64,000 nucleotides of DNA from Octopus sinensis (lineage: Eukaryota): NCBI RefSeq assembly GCF_006345805.1, contig NC_043001.1, forward strand, positions 75,702,001 to 75,766,000, written 5' to 3'. The notes beneath the pieces were generated by a model that was not told where the DNA came from, did not search any database, and saw nothing but the letters and a program-made list of their open reading frames with translations. Positions 1 to 11,559 of this stretch are shown piece by piece (position 1 is the first letter of the stretch; each line of letters starts with the position of its first letter). The translations under genes and the position numbers were made by a program.

Positions 1-317
1 GGGAAAGATTCGGTCAGAAAATGTTTTTTGCTTTTTTCTTTCCACAAACTACATGACACAATTGAAGTTGGAAGAAAGTTAAAAGAAAAACGTTTTCTTT
101 AAATGTTCAAGCCTGTTCTGAAAGGAAATGACAACAATAATAGAACAACCAGTTAATGATGTGGATTAAAACATAACTTTAACATAAATTAAAGAAAGTT
201 CCCAACGATTGATATAAAGCGATCGAAACCAACCAAGTTTGCTCATTCATAAAACCATTACATGTAAACTGCAGGCTAATCGATTGAAATAAAGGACGTT
301 TGCACTCTCGGAGTGCT

Positions 318-463
318 CTTCTTCTTCTTCTTCTTCTTCTTCTTCTTCTTCTTCTTCTTCTTCTTCTTCTTCTTCTTCTTCTTCTTCTTCTTCTTCTTCT
401 TCTTCTTCTTCTTCTTCTTCTTCTTCTTCTTCTTCTTTTTCCACTTCTTTTCTTCTTCTTCTT

Positions 464-526
<63 letters not shown>

Positions 527-570
527 GTTGTTGTTGTTGTTGTTGTTATTATTGTTATTATTATTATTAT
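318..570. repeat. Compound trinucleotide microsatellite (CTT)n-(ATT)n-(GTT)n
   Basis: Directly visible; explains the poly-R/E/L/F/N ORFs at 179-711. Confidence 0.98.
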
Positions 571-784
571 TTTGTACTTTATGCATACAGACAGTTTCTA
601 GGCTTTTCTTTTTCCAGTGATTTCGGTGCCACCGGCAAATCGTCACGTTTAAGCTGCATGCTGATAGGTCAAAACTGTATTCGAAAAATTCAGCTTGTCA
701 GAGCATTGTAAAAGGTATAAATGTTAGAGTCATTTTACTACAGTTGTCAAGTACTAAACTCAACTATCACTTAATGCGTATTGA

Positions 785-822
785 AATCTGATGATTACTA
801 CGAACGTATGAAATCGCTAATT
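785..822 (+). ncRNA. Minimal type-I hammerhead-like motif (weak)
   Basis: AAT-CTGATGA-tTACtacgaacGTAt-GAAA-TCGC-TA-ATT: intact core, but only 3-bp stems I and II. Confidence 0.35.
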
Positions 823-924
823 GAACTCAATGAATACAGCTAAATATTTTTTAATCTTTTACACACTTCAACAGTGTAAACAAAGTTTCGAAATATACAA
901 AAATATAAACGTGAAAACCATATA

Positions 925-1125
925 TATACAAAAGTGTGTATAAAGATATATACACACAGCGAAGACCCATGACAGGACTTCTTACATGCTAAAAGGGGCA
1001 GTTAAACCCAAACCACGAAAAAATAATTCGCTGGTAATGGCACTGGAATGAAAGGAATTTGGCATGTAAGAATTCCCGTCATGGGTCTTCTCTTTATGTA
1101 TATATCTTTATACACTCTTATATAT
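925..1125. repeat. Imperfect ~60-bp inverted repeat with ~70-bp spacer
   Basis: gtataaagatatatac..gaagacccatgacaggacttcttacatgc versus gcatgtaagaattcccgtcatgggtcttc..gtatatatctttatac. Confidence 0.85.
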
Positions 1126-1240
1126 GAAAATATGTTCGCTTGTGACTTTCATCACGCATGCGAACCACTGGTAATAAATTATCTTAATACTTTACCCTTA
1201 TGATTTATATATGTATATATACATATATAATACATATTGG

Positions 1241-1299
1241 AAAAAAGTCAAGATAGAAAATGCTAAAATAATTTTAGCATTTTCTATCTTGACTTTTTT
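1241..1299. repeat. Perfect 29-bp-arm palindrome with 1-nt loop
   Basis: aaaaaagtcaagatagaaaatgctaaaat-a-attttagcattttctatcttgactttttt. Confidence 0.95.
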
Positions 1300-1385
1300 T
1301 CCATATATATCAACTCGTGTGTTCCTTGTCATCCTTCTATATACATACATATACATACATATACATATACATTTATATATGTGAG

Positions 1386-1421
<36 letters not shown>

Positions 1422-1427
1422 ATATAT

Positions 1428-1478
<51 letters not shown>

Positions 1479-1493
1479 TAGATAGATAGATAG

Positions 1494-1533
<40 letters not shown>

Positions 1534-1652
1534 TGTATAGATACATATGTATATGCATATATATATACATATACATTTATATATGTGTGTATATATAGAT
1601 ATGTATAGATATAGATATATATGTATATGCGCACATATGTATGTATATGCCC

Positions 1653-1684
<32 letters not shown>

Positions 1685-1690
<6 letters not shown>

Positions 1691-2418
1691 AAAGGGCTTA
1701 GTAAAATAAATTACTTTGCCGCATACTGAACTCATTAGAAATAGCAGCTAAAAAACTTTTTTAAAGCTATTTCTAATACTTAAAGAAAATCTCTCTCATA
1801 TATAGTGTTTGCTTAATTCAACTCACAAAAGTTTGGGGGTAAGGACATCGAAAAATCAATTGTTGAAATTATAATTAATCTCCCTCTGATTAATGCTTCG
1901 GATTTTACCGAAATAAGCATAGTGTTTGATGATTTTAACCCACGCTGGTGGAAAGGGGAGAACAGAGATTCTTCGCTTGCTTATTTGAATTTGTTGGCAC
2001 TGTTAGTTACGAGCAGATCTTCGAAAGGGTATGTTCTTATTTTCAGTGTTTCCAAATCCAAACCAAGGAATTTCTGAGCTGATGATGGAAGTGTTGTTTT
2101 GACTAATCTTGAAACGTACGTTCTCAAATAACCTTAGCATTTGATTTTTCGATGTCCTTACCCCCAAACTTTTGTGAGTTGAATTAAGCAAACACTATAT
2201 ATGAGAGAGATTTTCTTTAAGTATTAGAAATAGCTTTAAAAAAGTTTTTTAGCTGCTATTTCTAATGAGTTCAGTATGCGGCAAAGTAATTTATTTTACT
2301 AAGCCCTTTTATATAATGTAATAATTTGAATTCGCCTTGAATGGTCCCTTTGCATACTGAACACTTGGTGAAATTGATTAATAATTAATTAATTTTGCCC
2401 TCAATTGTTGAAATTATA
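1685..2418 (+). mobile_element. Non-coding PLE pseudo-LTR / retrozyme-like insertion with inverted 5' duplicate
   Basis: 175-bp inverted repeat 1685-1859 / 2141-2315; 18-bp direct repeat tcaattgttgaaattata at 1856-1873 and 2401-2418; internal hammerhead; (TA)n on both flanks. Confidence 0.75.
2075..2126 (+). ncRNA. Type-I hammerhead ribozyme
   Basis: TGAG-CTGATGA-tggaagtgttgttttgactaatctt-GAAAC-GTAC-GTT-CTCA: stem I TGAG/CTCA, full CUGAUGA/GAAA core, palindromic stem III (ACGTACGT), predicted GUU cleavage after 2122. Confidence 0.7.
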
Positions 2419-2431
2419 TATATATATATAG

Positions 2432-2640
2432 TTAATCCAAACAAGAAAACACAGAAAAAAAGGGAAAAAAAAGAAAAAAAAGAAAAAAACACAGCAACGC
2501 AGGACGTGGAACAATTAAAGTATTATTGACGCTCAGGAAAGAAGGGAAGGAGGGTTTAACGTTTCGAGCGGAGCTCTTCGTCGGAAACAAGGAGTAGGAA
2601 AGATCCCAAGGAGGGAAGACAGAGGAGACAATATTTGAGC
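2432..2640 (-). mobile_element. PLE terminal (pseudo-LTR-like) segment with hammerhead variant at 2554-2588
   Basis: Minus strand GTTT-CCGACGA-aGAGCtccGCTC-GAAAC-GTT-AAAC; related copies at 17045-17210 and 17357-17390; co-oriented with and downstream of the Neptune PLE. Confidence 0.6.
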
Positions 2641-2739
2641 TGGTGGTGCTTAAGAGATCACATGTTGAAAAGAACAGAATTTGGAGGTAGTTGAAAAATG
2701 GTTTTATAATGCAAGAGAGTTCCAAAAAAAGGGAATGCC

Positions 2740-5205
2740 TGTGTGTGTGTGTGTGTGTGTGTGTGTGCAAGATGACAAGTGTGTTTGTGCGTGCGTGTGT
2801 GTGTGTGTGTATTTTTGGTGAATAGATAATGACAAAGCCAGCTGTGGTGATGACTACTAGCTGTTTGTGTCAAGGTAGGTCAAAGACAGGTCAAAAAACA
2901 ACATACGTGTGTGTGGTTTGTAGTGTGTGTGTGCGTGTGAGTGTTCGTGTGTGTATGCGTAGAGTGTGGGTGTGTGGCGTAACCCTAGTACGTGTGTGCT
3001 TGTACGTGCGTGTGTGTGTGTAGGGGGATGTATATGTGGGTTCATTTGTGTGAGAGTGTATGTATGTGCGTGTATGTGTGCGTTTGTATGTGTTTGTGTG
3101 TATGTGTGCGTGCGCGGGTGGGTGTATATTGTGTATGTATATCTGTCGGTGTGTATGTGAGTTTGTGTGTGTTTGTACGCGTGTATGTGTGTGTGAGTGT
3201 ATAGTATATATATATATGTAAATGTGTGTGTGCGTGTGTGTGTACGTGCGTGCGAGTGAATGTATGTATATATATGTGTGCGTGTGTGTACAATGTAGGG
3301 GCTTATATGTGTGTTTATATGTGTGTATGTATGTGTGTGTATGTATGTATGTATATATATGCGTGTGTGTATGTATGTACGTGTGTGTGTATGTGTGTAT
3401 GCATGCGTGTGTGTATGTATGTATGTGTGTGTGTATGTATGTATGTATGTGTGTGTATGTGTGTATGTATGTATGTATGTACGTATGTATGTATGTGTGT
3501 GTATGTATGTATGTACGTATGTGTGTATGTATGTATTTTTTCATGCGTGTATGTGTGTATGTGCGTGTGTGTACATATGTATGTTTATGTATGTGTGTGT
3601 ATGTATGTATTTTTGTATGTAGTGTATGTATGTGTGTGTATGTATGTATGTGTGCATGCGTGTATGTGTGCATGTGTGTGTGTTTGTATGTATGTATATA
3701 TATGTGTGTGTATGTGTGTGTGTATGTATGTATATGTGTGTGTGTGTGTATGTGCGTATGTATGTATGTGTGTGTATGTATGTATGTGTATGTGTGTAAG
3801 TTTGTGTGTATGTATGTATGTATGTACGTGTGTGTGTATGTATATGTGTGTATGTATGTGTGCATGTGTGTATGTGTGTGTGTATATATGTATGTATATG
3901 TATGTTTGTGTATGTATGTATCTATGTATGTATGTGTGTTTGTATGTGTGTATATATGTATGTATGTGTGTATGCGTGTGTGTATGTGTGTAAGTATGTA
4001 TGTATGTGTGTGTATGTATGTATGGATGGGTGTATGTGTGTAAGTGTGTATGTGTATGTGTATGTATGTATGTACATGTACGCATGTGTGTATGTATGCA
4101 TGTGTGTATAGTATGTGTGTGTGTGTATGTATGTATGTGTGCATGCGTGTATGTGTGCATGTGTGTGTCTGTATGTATGTATATGTATGTGTGTGTGTAT
4201 GTATATATGTGTCTTCTGTATGTATGTGTGTATGTGTGTGTGTATGTATGTGTGTGTATGTATGTAAGTGTGTGTGTATGTATGTGTGTATGTATGTGTG
4301 TGTGTATGTATGTGTATATATGTATGTATGTGTGCATGCGTGTATGTGCGTGTGTGTACGTATGTGTGTATATGTATATGTGTGTATGTATGCATATGTA
4401 TGTATGTGTGTATGCATATATGCATGTGTGTATGTGTGTGTGTATGTATGTGTGTATTTGTGTATGTGTGTGTGTATGTATTTATGTATATGTACGTGTG
4501 TGTATGTGTTTGTGTGTATGTGTGTGTATGTATGTTTGTGTGTATGTGTGTTGTATGTATGTATTATGTATGTGTGTATGTATGCATGTATGTATGTGTG
4601 TGTATGTATGTGTGCGTGCGTGTGTGTGTGGGTATGTGTGTGTGTGTATGTATGTGTGTATGTATATCTATGTGTGTGTATGTATGTATGTGTGTATGTA
4701 TGTGTGTGTGTGAATGTATGTATGTGTGCATATGTGTATGTATGTGTGTGTATGTATTTTCTGTGTGTATGTGTGTGTATGTATGTATGTGTGTGTGTAT
4801 GTATGTATGAATGTATGTATGAATGTATGAATGTATGTATGTATGTGTGCGTGTGTGTGTATGTATGTATGTATGAATGTATCTATGTTTGTATTATGTG
4901 TGTGTACGTATGTATGTGTGTGTGTGAATGTATACGTGTGGGGGGGGTTTGGAGTTGTGTGGGCGTAAGGTACATGTGCGTGTGTGCGCTTACGTGCGTG
5001 TATCTGTGCGTCCCAGCTAGGTGTTTATAGGAGTGTGCGTATCTGCATGAGTATTGTCCCTGGTGTGTGTGCATGGGCATGTGTGTGTGTGCACGTGGGG
5101 ATGTGTGGGTGTGTGTATGTGTGCGTACATGTGCATGTACGTTGTGTGTGTGTGGTGTGTTGGGAGTAGGTGTGTTCGTGGGTACGTGAGTATGTGTGTG
5201 TGACT
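2740..5205. repeat. ~2.5-kb degenerate (TG)/(TATG)n compound microsatellite
   Basis: Directly visible; source of the HTYI/CVYM ORFs. Confidence 0.97.
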
Positions 5206-5209
5206 GCAT

Positions 5210-8200
5210 AAGGACAATTATAAAATTTTTTTTAAATTAAAAATAAATAATAATTAATAAACAAGAAAAAAAAAAGATGCGGGTGGAGAAGTGGAGCGCA
5301 GTCACTAAGAGGAGGGAGCTGTGTTGAGTTCGTGTGGGGTTAGAGTCTGTAGAAGGAATATGAACCGTTGTTCCAAGTGAAGCCTAGATTGGGGAGAGCC
5401 GTTGTGTGACCAAACACCGAGATGTCCTCGGGGGAATGGCTGGCTGAGCGGAAGTGCCGTGCAACGGGAGAATTGGAGAATAGACGAACATCCCGCAGAT
5501 GCTCGGTGAATCGGTCTGACAACCGGCGTCCCGTCTGTCCTATATACAGCATCCTGCAGCGGTTGCATTTAATGCAGTATATGAGTCCAGACGAGGTGCC
5601 CGTAAAGGAATACCCGATACGTACAGTTCGCCGGTTGGAAGCGGTGACAGCAGTGGTGTTGGTGATGAAGGGGCAGGTGTTGCAGCGGGATCTGGAGCAT
5701 GGGAAGGATCCGCGTGGGGCCGAGGGGGAAGAAGGGAGGGTGCTACGGACCAGGAGGTCGCGTAGATTCCGGGCTCGTTTAAAGGAGGACAGGGGTGGGT
5801 TGGGGAAAATGGGGTGGGTCGTGGAATCGAGCTGGAGACGACGGAAGGCACGAAGTATCTTCCGACGAAGGGGTAGAGTAGAGGGGTGGAAAAGGAGGGG
5901 AAAGGGGGTGCGGTTGGGGGTGGGTGATTGGAAGGAGAAAGGGCGGTGGTGCGGTCGGTGCGACGAGCGCGGGCGAGGGCGTTCAAGACCAGGATAGGTG
6001 GGTATCCTCGAAGCCTGAACAGGCGGGCCAGGTATTGAGACTAGGTCTCGAAATCCTGGTCGTGGCTGCACATGCGTCGGAGGCGGAGGAACTGGGAGTA
6101 GGGGATAGCCCGTTTGGTGTGGAAGGGATGGGAGGAGGAGAAGTTGAGATAGATGTGGGAATCCGTGGGTTTGAAGAAGGCGGAGGTGGTGAGAGAGGGG
6201 GAGAGGTGGTCGATGCTGAGTGAGATATCTAGGAAGTTAACGGAAGTATTGGATATGGTGGAAGTGAATTGTAGAGAGGGGTGGAAGTTAGAGAGGAAAG
6301 AGATGAAGTGGCAGAGTTGTTCGCGGGAAAGGGAGGTGGCGCCTATACAGTCGTCTATGTAACGACCGTATAGTTCTGGGGTCGGCCCGGAGAATTGGGA
6401 GAATACTTGGGCCTCAATGTAGCCAACAAAGAGATTGGCGAAATTGGGACCCATTCTCGTTCCCATCGCGACCCCGGACACCTGTTGGTACGTTTCCCCG
6501 GCGAACGTGAAACAGTTGAGGGTTAGGACGAGCTCTGCCAGGCGGAGGAGGGTGGGGGTGCTAGGGGTGGGGTCGGGGCGACGGTCGAGGAAGTGTTGGA
6601 GAGCTAGGAGACCGTCGTTGTGGGGAATCACCGTATACAGTGATTTGATGTCAAGGGTGAAGAGGAGGTGAGAGGGGCTGGAAGGGAAGGAAAAGGAATT
6701 GAAGAGACGGAGGGCGTGGTTGGTATCATGTATGTGGGAAGGGAGGGCTTTGACTAAAGGGGACAGGATGCGGTCGAGGTATAGGGAAATTTGTTCAGTA
6801 GGGCAATTACAGGCGGAAACAATGGGGCGGCCAGGGGTATTGGGCTTATGAATTTTGGGAAGGAAATAGATGGTGGAGGTGCGGGGTGTGCGGACGATGA
6901 GGTTGGTGGCGGTGGGGGGGAAGCAGAAGAAGAGATGAGATCGCGGATAGTGGAGGCCACTCGCTGTTGGTAGGAAGAGGTGGGATCAGAGGGGAGGAGG
7001 CGATAGAAGAGGGGATTTTGAAGCTGGCTGAGCGCTTCCTCCCTGTAGAGATCCGCGCGCCATACCACCACTGCTCCGCCTTTGTCCGCCGGTTTGATGA
7101 CAATGTCATTGCGGCGACGGAGGTGGCGAAGGGCAACCAATTCAGCCTGTGTGAGGTTGTCTCGGAGAGGTCTTTTTTTAAAATCAAACCGGTTTACCAA
7201 CGCGTTGCAGTCGTTCACAAACGAGTCTAGGCTACTGAATTGGCCCGGGGGCGGCGTCCAGTTGGATGGGCGGCGCCCCAGCTCCAAAAAGCAATCCTGA
7301 TTATCGTGACGCTGCGGAGACGCGTGGTAGAAGGCGCAAAGTTTGAGGCTGCGCAGGAACTGGTTGACGTCTGTCACGCGTGAGAGGCGTGAAGCGGAGT
7401 CCCTTACTGAGGAGAGAGCGCTCGGCTGCAGAGAGGGGGAGATTGGGGGGTATAGTGACAACAGTGCGAGGAAGCGGGGTGGTGGGATGAGTGGGGTCGG
7501 GAAGAGGGGGAGCAGAGGTGTGGGGAGGAGAGTGGGGGTGGTTAGGTGAAGTGGGGGTAGGCGTAGAAAGGTCAGGGTGGGGTGTGTGTTGTTCCGTGGA
7601 GGGGTAATGGGGAGGGGTGGAGATAGTCGGGGGACCTGGAGGGGAGGAAGAGGAGGATGTGGAGGAGAGGGGAGGGTAAGGAGATGAAGGGTTGAGGAGG
7701 TGGTGGAGTTTTTTGTTTTTTGTGTGTGTGAAGAAATTATGAAGCTGGTGGTTGAGATTAAGAATGAAGCGGAGAATAGGTTGGGTGAAGAGTGGAGGGC
7801 AGAGGGAGGAGAGAAGAAAGTAAGCTTGGGGAAGTAGGTGGTCAAAGGAGTGGAGGAGAGAGCGGATGGAACGGATGGTAGCACGGATGAGGAGGCGTGA
7901 AGTGCGGGCGAGGGTGGGTTCGATGAAGGGGGAGGAATAGGGGGTGGCGTGGAACTTCAAGAGGAAGCCACGGGGTGTGACGTGATAGCGGAGGCAACGG
8001 CTGAGGAAGGAGAGATGGCTAGAGTGGCGATTTTTTTAAAAAAGTAAGTGAGAGTTTTTTTCCGGGTTCTAAGCATTGGGGGGGGGAAGAAAGCGAGAAA
8101 GCGGCTAAGAAGGGATTGAAGGTGTTGGACGAACGAGTGCAAGTCAGGCATGTTGGGAAGTGGTGAAGGTGTATGTAGGTGTAAGTGGTGGTGATGACAC

Positions 8201-8290
8201 AAGTGGAAGAATGGAGGTGGAAGAAGAAAGGTAAAGAAGGAAAAAGGAAAAATACAGGGAGATAAGTTCAGGAAAAGAGTTCAGGAGAAA
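5210..8290 (-). mobile_element. Penelope-like retroelement, Neptune-type, near full length, frameshifted
   Basis: Consecutive minus-strand ORFs give IVIKPADKGGAVVVW, GVAMGTRMGPNFANLF, YGRYIDD (RT), FKPTDSHIYLNFSSSHP, CSRSRCNTC linker and GLIYCIKCNRCRMLYIGQT..RFTEH (GIY-YIG). Confidence 0.93.
5305..8151 (-). pseudogene. PLE reverse transcriptase-GIY-YIG ORF split by several frameshifts
   Basis: ORFs 7957-8202, 7301-7960, 6754-7884, 6041-6631, 5340-6071 and 5305-5568 tile one PLE protein in the correct domain order. Confidence 0.9.
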
Positions 8291-8334
8291 GTTAATGCAT
8301 GGGCGCGTGCGCTTGCATGTACACCAGTATGTAT

Positions 8335-9035
8335 GACCTGAACGCGGGCAAATACCTCGCCAACAGGAAGCCTAATGAAGAAACGGTATATATCCACAAG
8401 TGCTGGAACCTTCCCGCCCCCGCTGTAATTAGAATTCTGGTTTCAGGAATTAGCAAACGAGTATCTAAACTCTAAATCAATGGGGAGATTTTTAATAGGG
8501 CTGCCCCCACTACAACTATGCTTTGGCTAGGAGCAGATTTTCTGAGAAGCTCTGACGTATGTCGATGATCCTCAAATCCCCTCTCTTCACCCCAAGAGAA
8601 TTAGGAAAAGGAAAATTATCTGCTATATCCTCCCATTTAATCTAGAAGTTTCTACCTCCTGCCATTAGTAAAGAAACATTTCCCTAATGGTCATAAGTAC
8701 TACAAACTCTTCAAACCCCAAAAATGTCAAGGTAAGCTACTCCGGCTTAGATAACATCACATCTAACATCATGCGCATCAACACAATCCCCAACCCCAAC
8801 CTGCTACTTCCGAAATCCTACGTCTAGGTGGATCTTGTCTTTCGTGGGTTGTAGTACACAGAGCCACCTTTACCACATCCTATGGCACTACTAGGCACTA
8901 TACGGGCATGACGTCCAATGACTTCAAGGAAAGATACTTCCGGCACTTGCATTCATTTAGACCCAGGGACAGAGAGAACTATACTTCTCTGTCTCGATTT
9001 CTCTGGAGACTTTGTTTCTATCTTGTATTTGTTTG

Positions 9036-9066
<31 letters not shown>

Positions 9067-9180
9067 ATGACGGACTTCCACACAGTATCCACCTTGTATT
9101 TGTGTGCCTTTGTGTTTGCGTTTTTGTTTCAGCAGAAGAGGCTGATATAATAAGTTGCAGAATTGAAACATATGTACTAG
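8335..9180 (+). mobile_element. Second, different-clade PLE 3' fragment (degenerate) with hammerhead-like 3' motif
   Basis: Translates to DLNAGKYLANRKPNEETVYIH, RIRKRKIICY, KHFPNGHKYYKLF, VKVSYS and YTGMTSNDFKERYFRHLHSF (GIY-YIG); CAGAAGA...GAAAC-ATAT-GTA at 9133-9176. Confidence 0.75.
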
Positions 9181-9535
9181 GGTCGATTTGTTGGGCTAAA
9201 TACTTTTAAACGCTGCTCCAGCATGTCTACACTCGAGTAACTGAAACAAGCAAAAGGTATGTGTGTGAGAGAGAGTGTGTGTGTTTGTGTGTGTGAGTGA
9301 GTGAGTGAGTGAGTGAGTGAGTGAGTGAGTGAATGAATGAGTGAATGAGTGAGTGTATATTCCCCTGTTTCATCTAAGACGTTGGCAGAAGTAATAAAAA
9401 CAGATGTAGAAACAGCGCTAACCAAAACAAACGATCTACGTCTTATCGAAATCATTGACGAATTCTGTGAATTTTACGTATTCATGTATTTAAATATAGA
9501 TAAATTCATTTTGTTAGGACACTTTCTTCCTTTTA

Positions 9536-9602
9536 TTACCGATGAAGAAATCTTGTTTGGCCTGCAGGCTGGAACAAGCCAAATATCTGTAAACAGATAT
9601 AT
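9536..9602 (+). ncRNA. Degenerate hammerhead-like motif with long stem II
   Basis: CCGATGA-agaaat-cttgtt-tggcctgcaggct-gg-aacaag-ccaa-atatct-GTAAAC-AGAT; core mutated. Confidence 0.3.
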
Positions 9603-9824
9603 CTACTACCACTTTTACATATCTGTCATTTTATAATCAGATCTTTACAGAGTGCAATAAGGCTGATGTCACTTTTGGAAGACGAAAATCAAAAATCCTC
9701 AATGGTTTGATCCAGATATACAATGAAAATAAATTGTGACTACGAAGCAAAGCAAAACAAAAAACAATATCAACATTATTCTTTCACTACGTTCCTGTTG
9801 AGAAATAAAAGATCGACCATTTTT

Positions 9825-9826
<2 letters not shown>

Positions 9827-9870
<44 letters not shown>

Positions 9871-10271
9871 TATTGTTGTTGTTGTTGTTGTTCTTGTTCT
9901 TCTTCTTCTTCATCTTCTTCTTCTTTTTCTTCTTCATCTTCTTCATCTTCTTCTTGTAGCTGTTGTTGCCGCTGTTGTTCTTGTTAACGATATACAGTTA
10001 AACAAATAGAAATAGCTTTCAGAGATAAAACTTTATCTTGTTCAAGTGCACACAGCTAGGGTATTCTAACTGCATATCATTATAATGTAGTTTCGTTAAG
10101 TTCAGATCCATTTAACCTTTCAGAGGCTGGTTCTGTATACATGATATATGATAAATCATTTTATGAAAACTTCGGAAGACAGTCAGAAATGATCACGTGA
10201 AGAATGAAATAGTTGCTATTCTAAATGTATATGCGTGTCTGTAATGCGTAGCATTATTATTATTATTATTA

Positions 10272-10318
<47 letters not shown>

Positions 10319-10367
10319 CATTATTATAATTATAATTATTATTATTATTATCATTATTATAATTATA

Positions 10368-10416
<49 letters not shown>

Positions 10417-10520
10417 TATTATTATTCATATTATTATTATTATCATTATCATCATTATTATTACTTATTTTTATTTGTATTATTATATTTATAATCATTA
10501 TTATTATTGTTGTTGTTGTT
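9827..10520. repeat. Trinucleotide microsatellite blocks: (AGT)(GTT)(CTT) at 9827-9990 and (TTA)n at 10253-10520
   Basis: Directly visible. Confidence 0.95.
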
Positions 10521-10524
10521 TTGA

Positions 10525-11385
10525 CGGCGAGCTGACATAAACGTTATCACGCCCGGCGAAATGCTTAGCGGTATTTCGTCTACCGTTACGTTTTGAGTTT
10601 AAATTACGCCGAGGTAGACTTTGCCTTTCATCCTTTTGGGGGTCGATAAATTAAGTACCAGCTACGCACTGGGTCGATGTAATCGACTTAATCTGTTTGT
10701 CTGTCCTTGTTTGTCCCCTCTGTGTTTAGCTCCTTGTGGGTAGTAAAGAAATAGGTATTTCGTCTGTCTTCACGTTCTGAATTCAAATTCTGTCTTGGTC
10801 GATCTTTGCCTTTCATCCTTTCGGGGTGGATAAATTAAGTACCATCGAAACACTGGGGTCGATGTAATCGACTAAACCCTGTACGACCCTCACTAAAATT
10901 CAGGCCTTGTGCCTTCAGTACAAAGGATTAATATTATTTTTACTCTTTTGTAGAACCGTTAGCACACCCTACAGAATGCTACGTGGCATTTCTTCCGGTT
11001 TTACGCTCTAATTTCAGATCCCATTGCATTCGAATGTACCTTCCATCCTTTCGGGATCAATGAAATAAGTACCAGTCGAGCACTGGGGTCAATGTAATCA
11101 ATTATCCCCCTCCCCCCACATTTCAGGCCTTTGCTTTGAGTAGAAATGATTATTCTGCGAACTGCAGAATCGTTAGCACGCCGGTCGAAATGCTTAGCGA
11201 TATTTCGCCTGCCGCCACGTTCTGAGTTCAAATTCCGCCGAGGTCTACTTTGATTTTCTTCCTTTCGGGGTCGATAAAATAAATATCGATAAAATAAATA
11301 CCAGTGAAACACCGGGGTGGATGTAATCGACTGTCCACTCTCCCAAATTTAAGCCCTTGTGCCTATAATAGAAAAGATTATTATT
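10525..11385 (+). mobile_element. Cluster of four tRNA-derived SINE copies (family A), nested and tandem
   Basis: Repeated gagttcaaattccgccgaggtcgactttgcctttcatcctttcggggtcgataaa..agtaccag..ctggggtcgatgtaatcgac with B-box-like GTTCAAATT. Confidence 0.9.
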
Positions 11386-11559
11386 GTATGTTCTAATTTT
11401 CCTTTTATGTACTAATGTCTCAACGTGAGACGACGAGGGACAAGATTTTGCTTCAAAAGATGCTAACAGGTAAGTTGCTTGGCAACTGAAAATATCGATG
11501 TTTCATGGTAGAGAATACAAAGAAAACAAGAAGATTTGGTTGCATATACTAGAAAATGA

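Noticed and set aside
1685-2315. MITE with 175-bp TIRs
   Set aside because: The element continues ~100 bp past the right arm to an 18-bp terminal redundancy and contains a hammerhead, which fits a PLE-type inverted insertion better.
2891-5030. Long His/Thr/Tyr and Cys/Val/Met ORFs (up to 508 aa)
   Set aside because: Translations of stop-poor (TG)/(TATG) microsatellite; the same applies to the many IY/HT/poly-residue ORFs across the window.
5422-5997. Plus-strand ORFs over the PLE (also 5924-7549)
   Set aside because: Antisense shadows of the GC-rich PLE coding strand.
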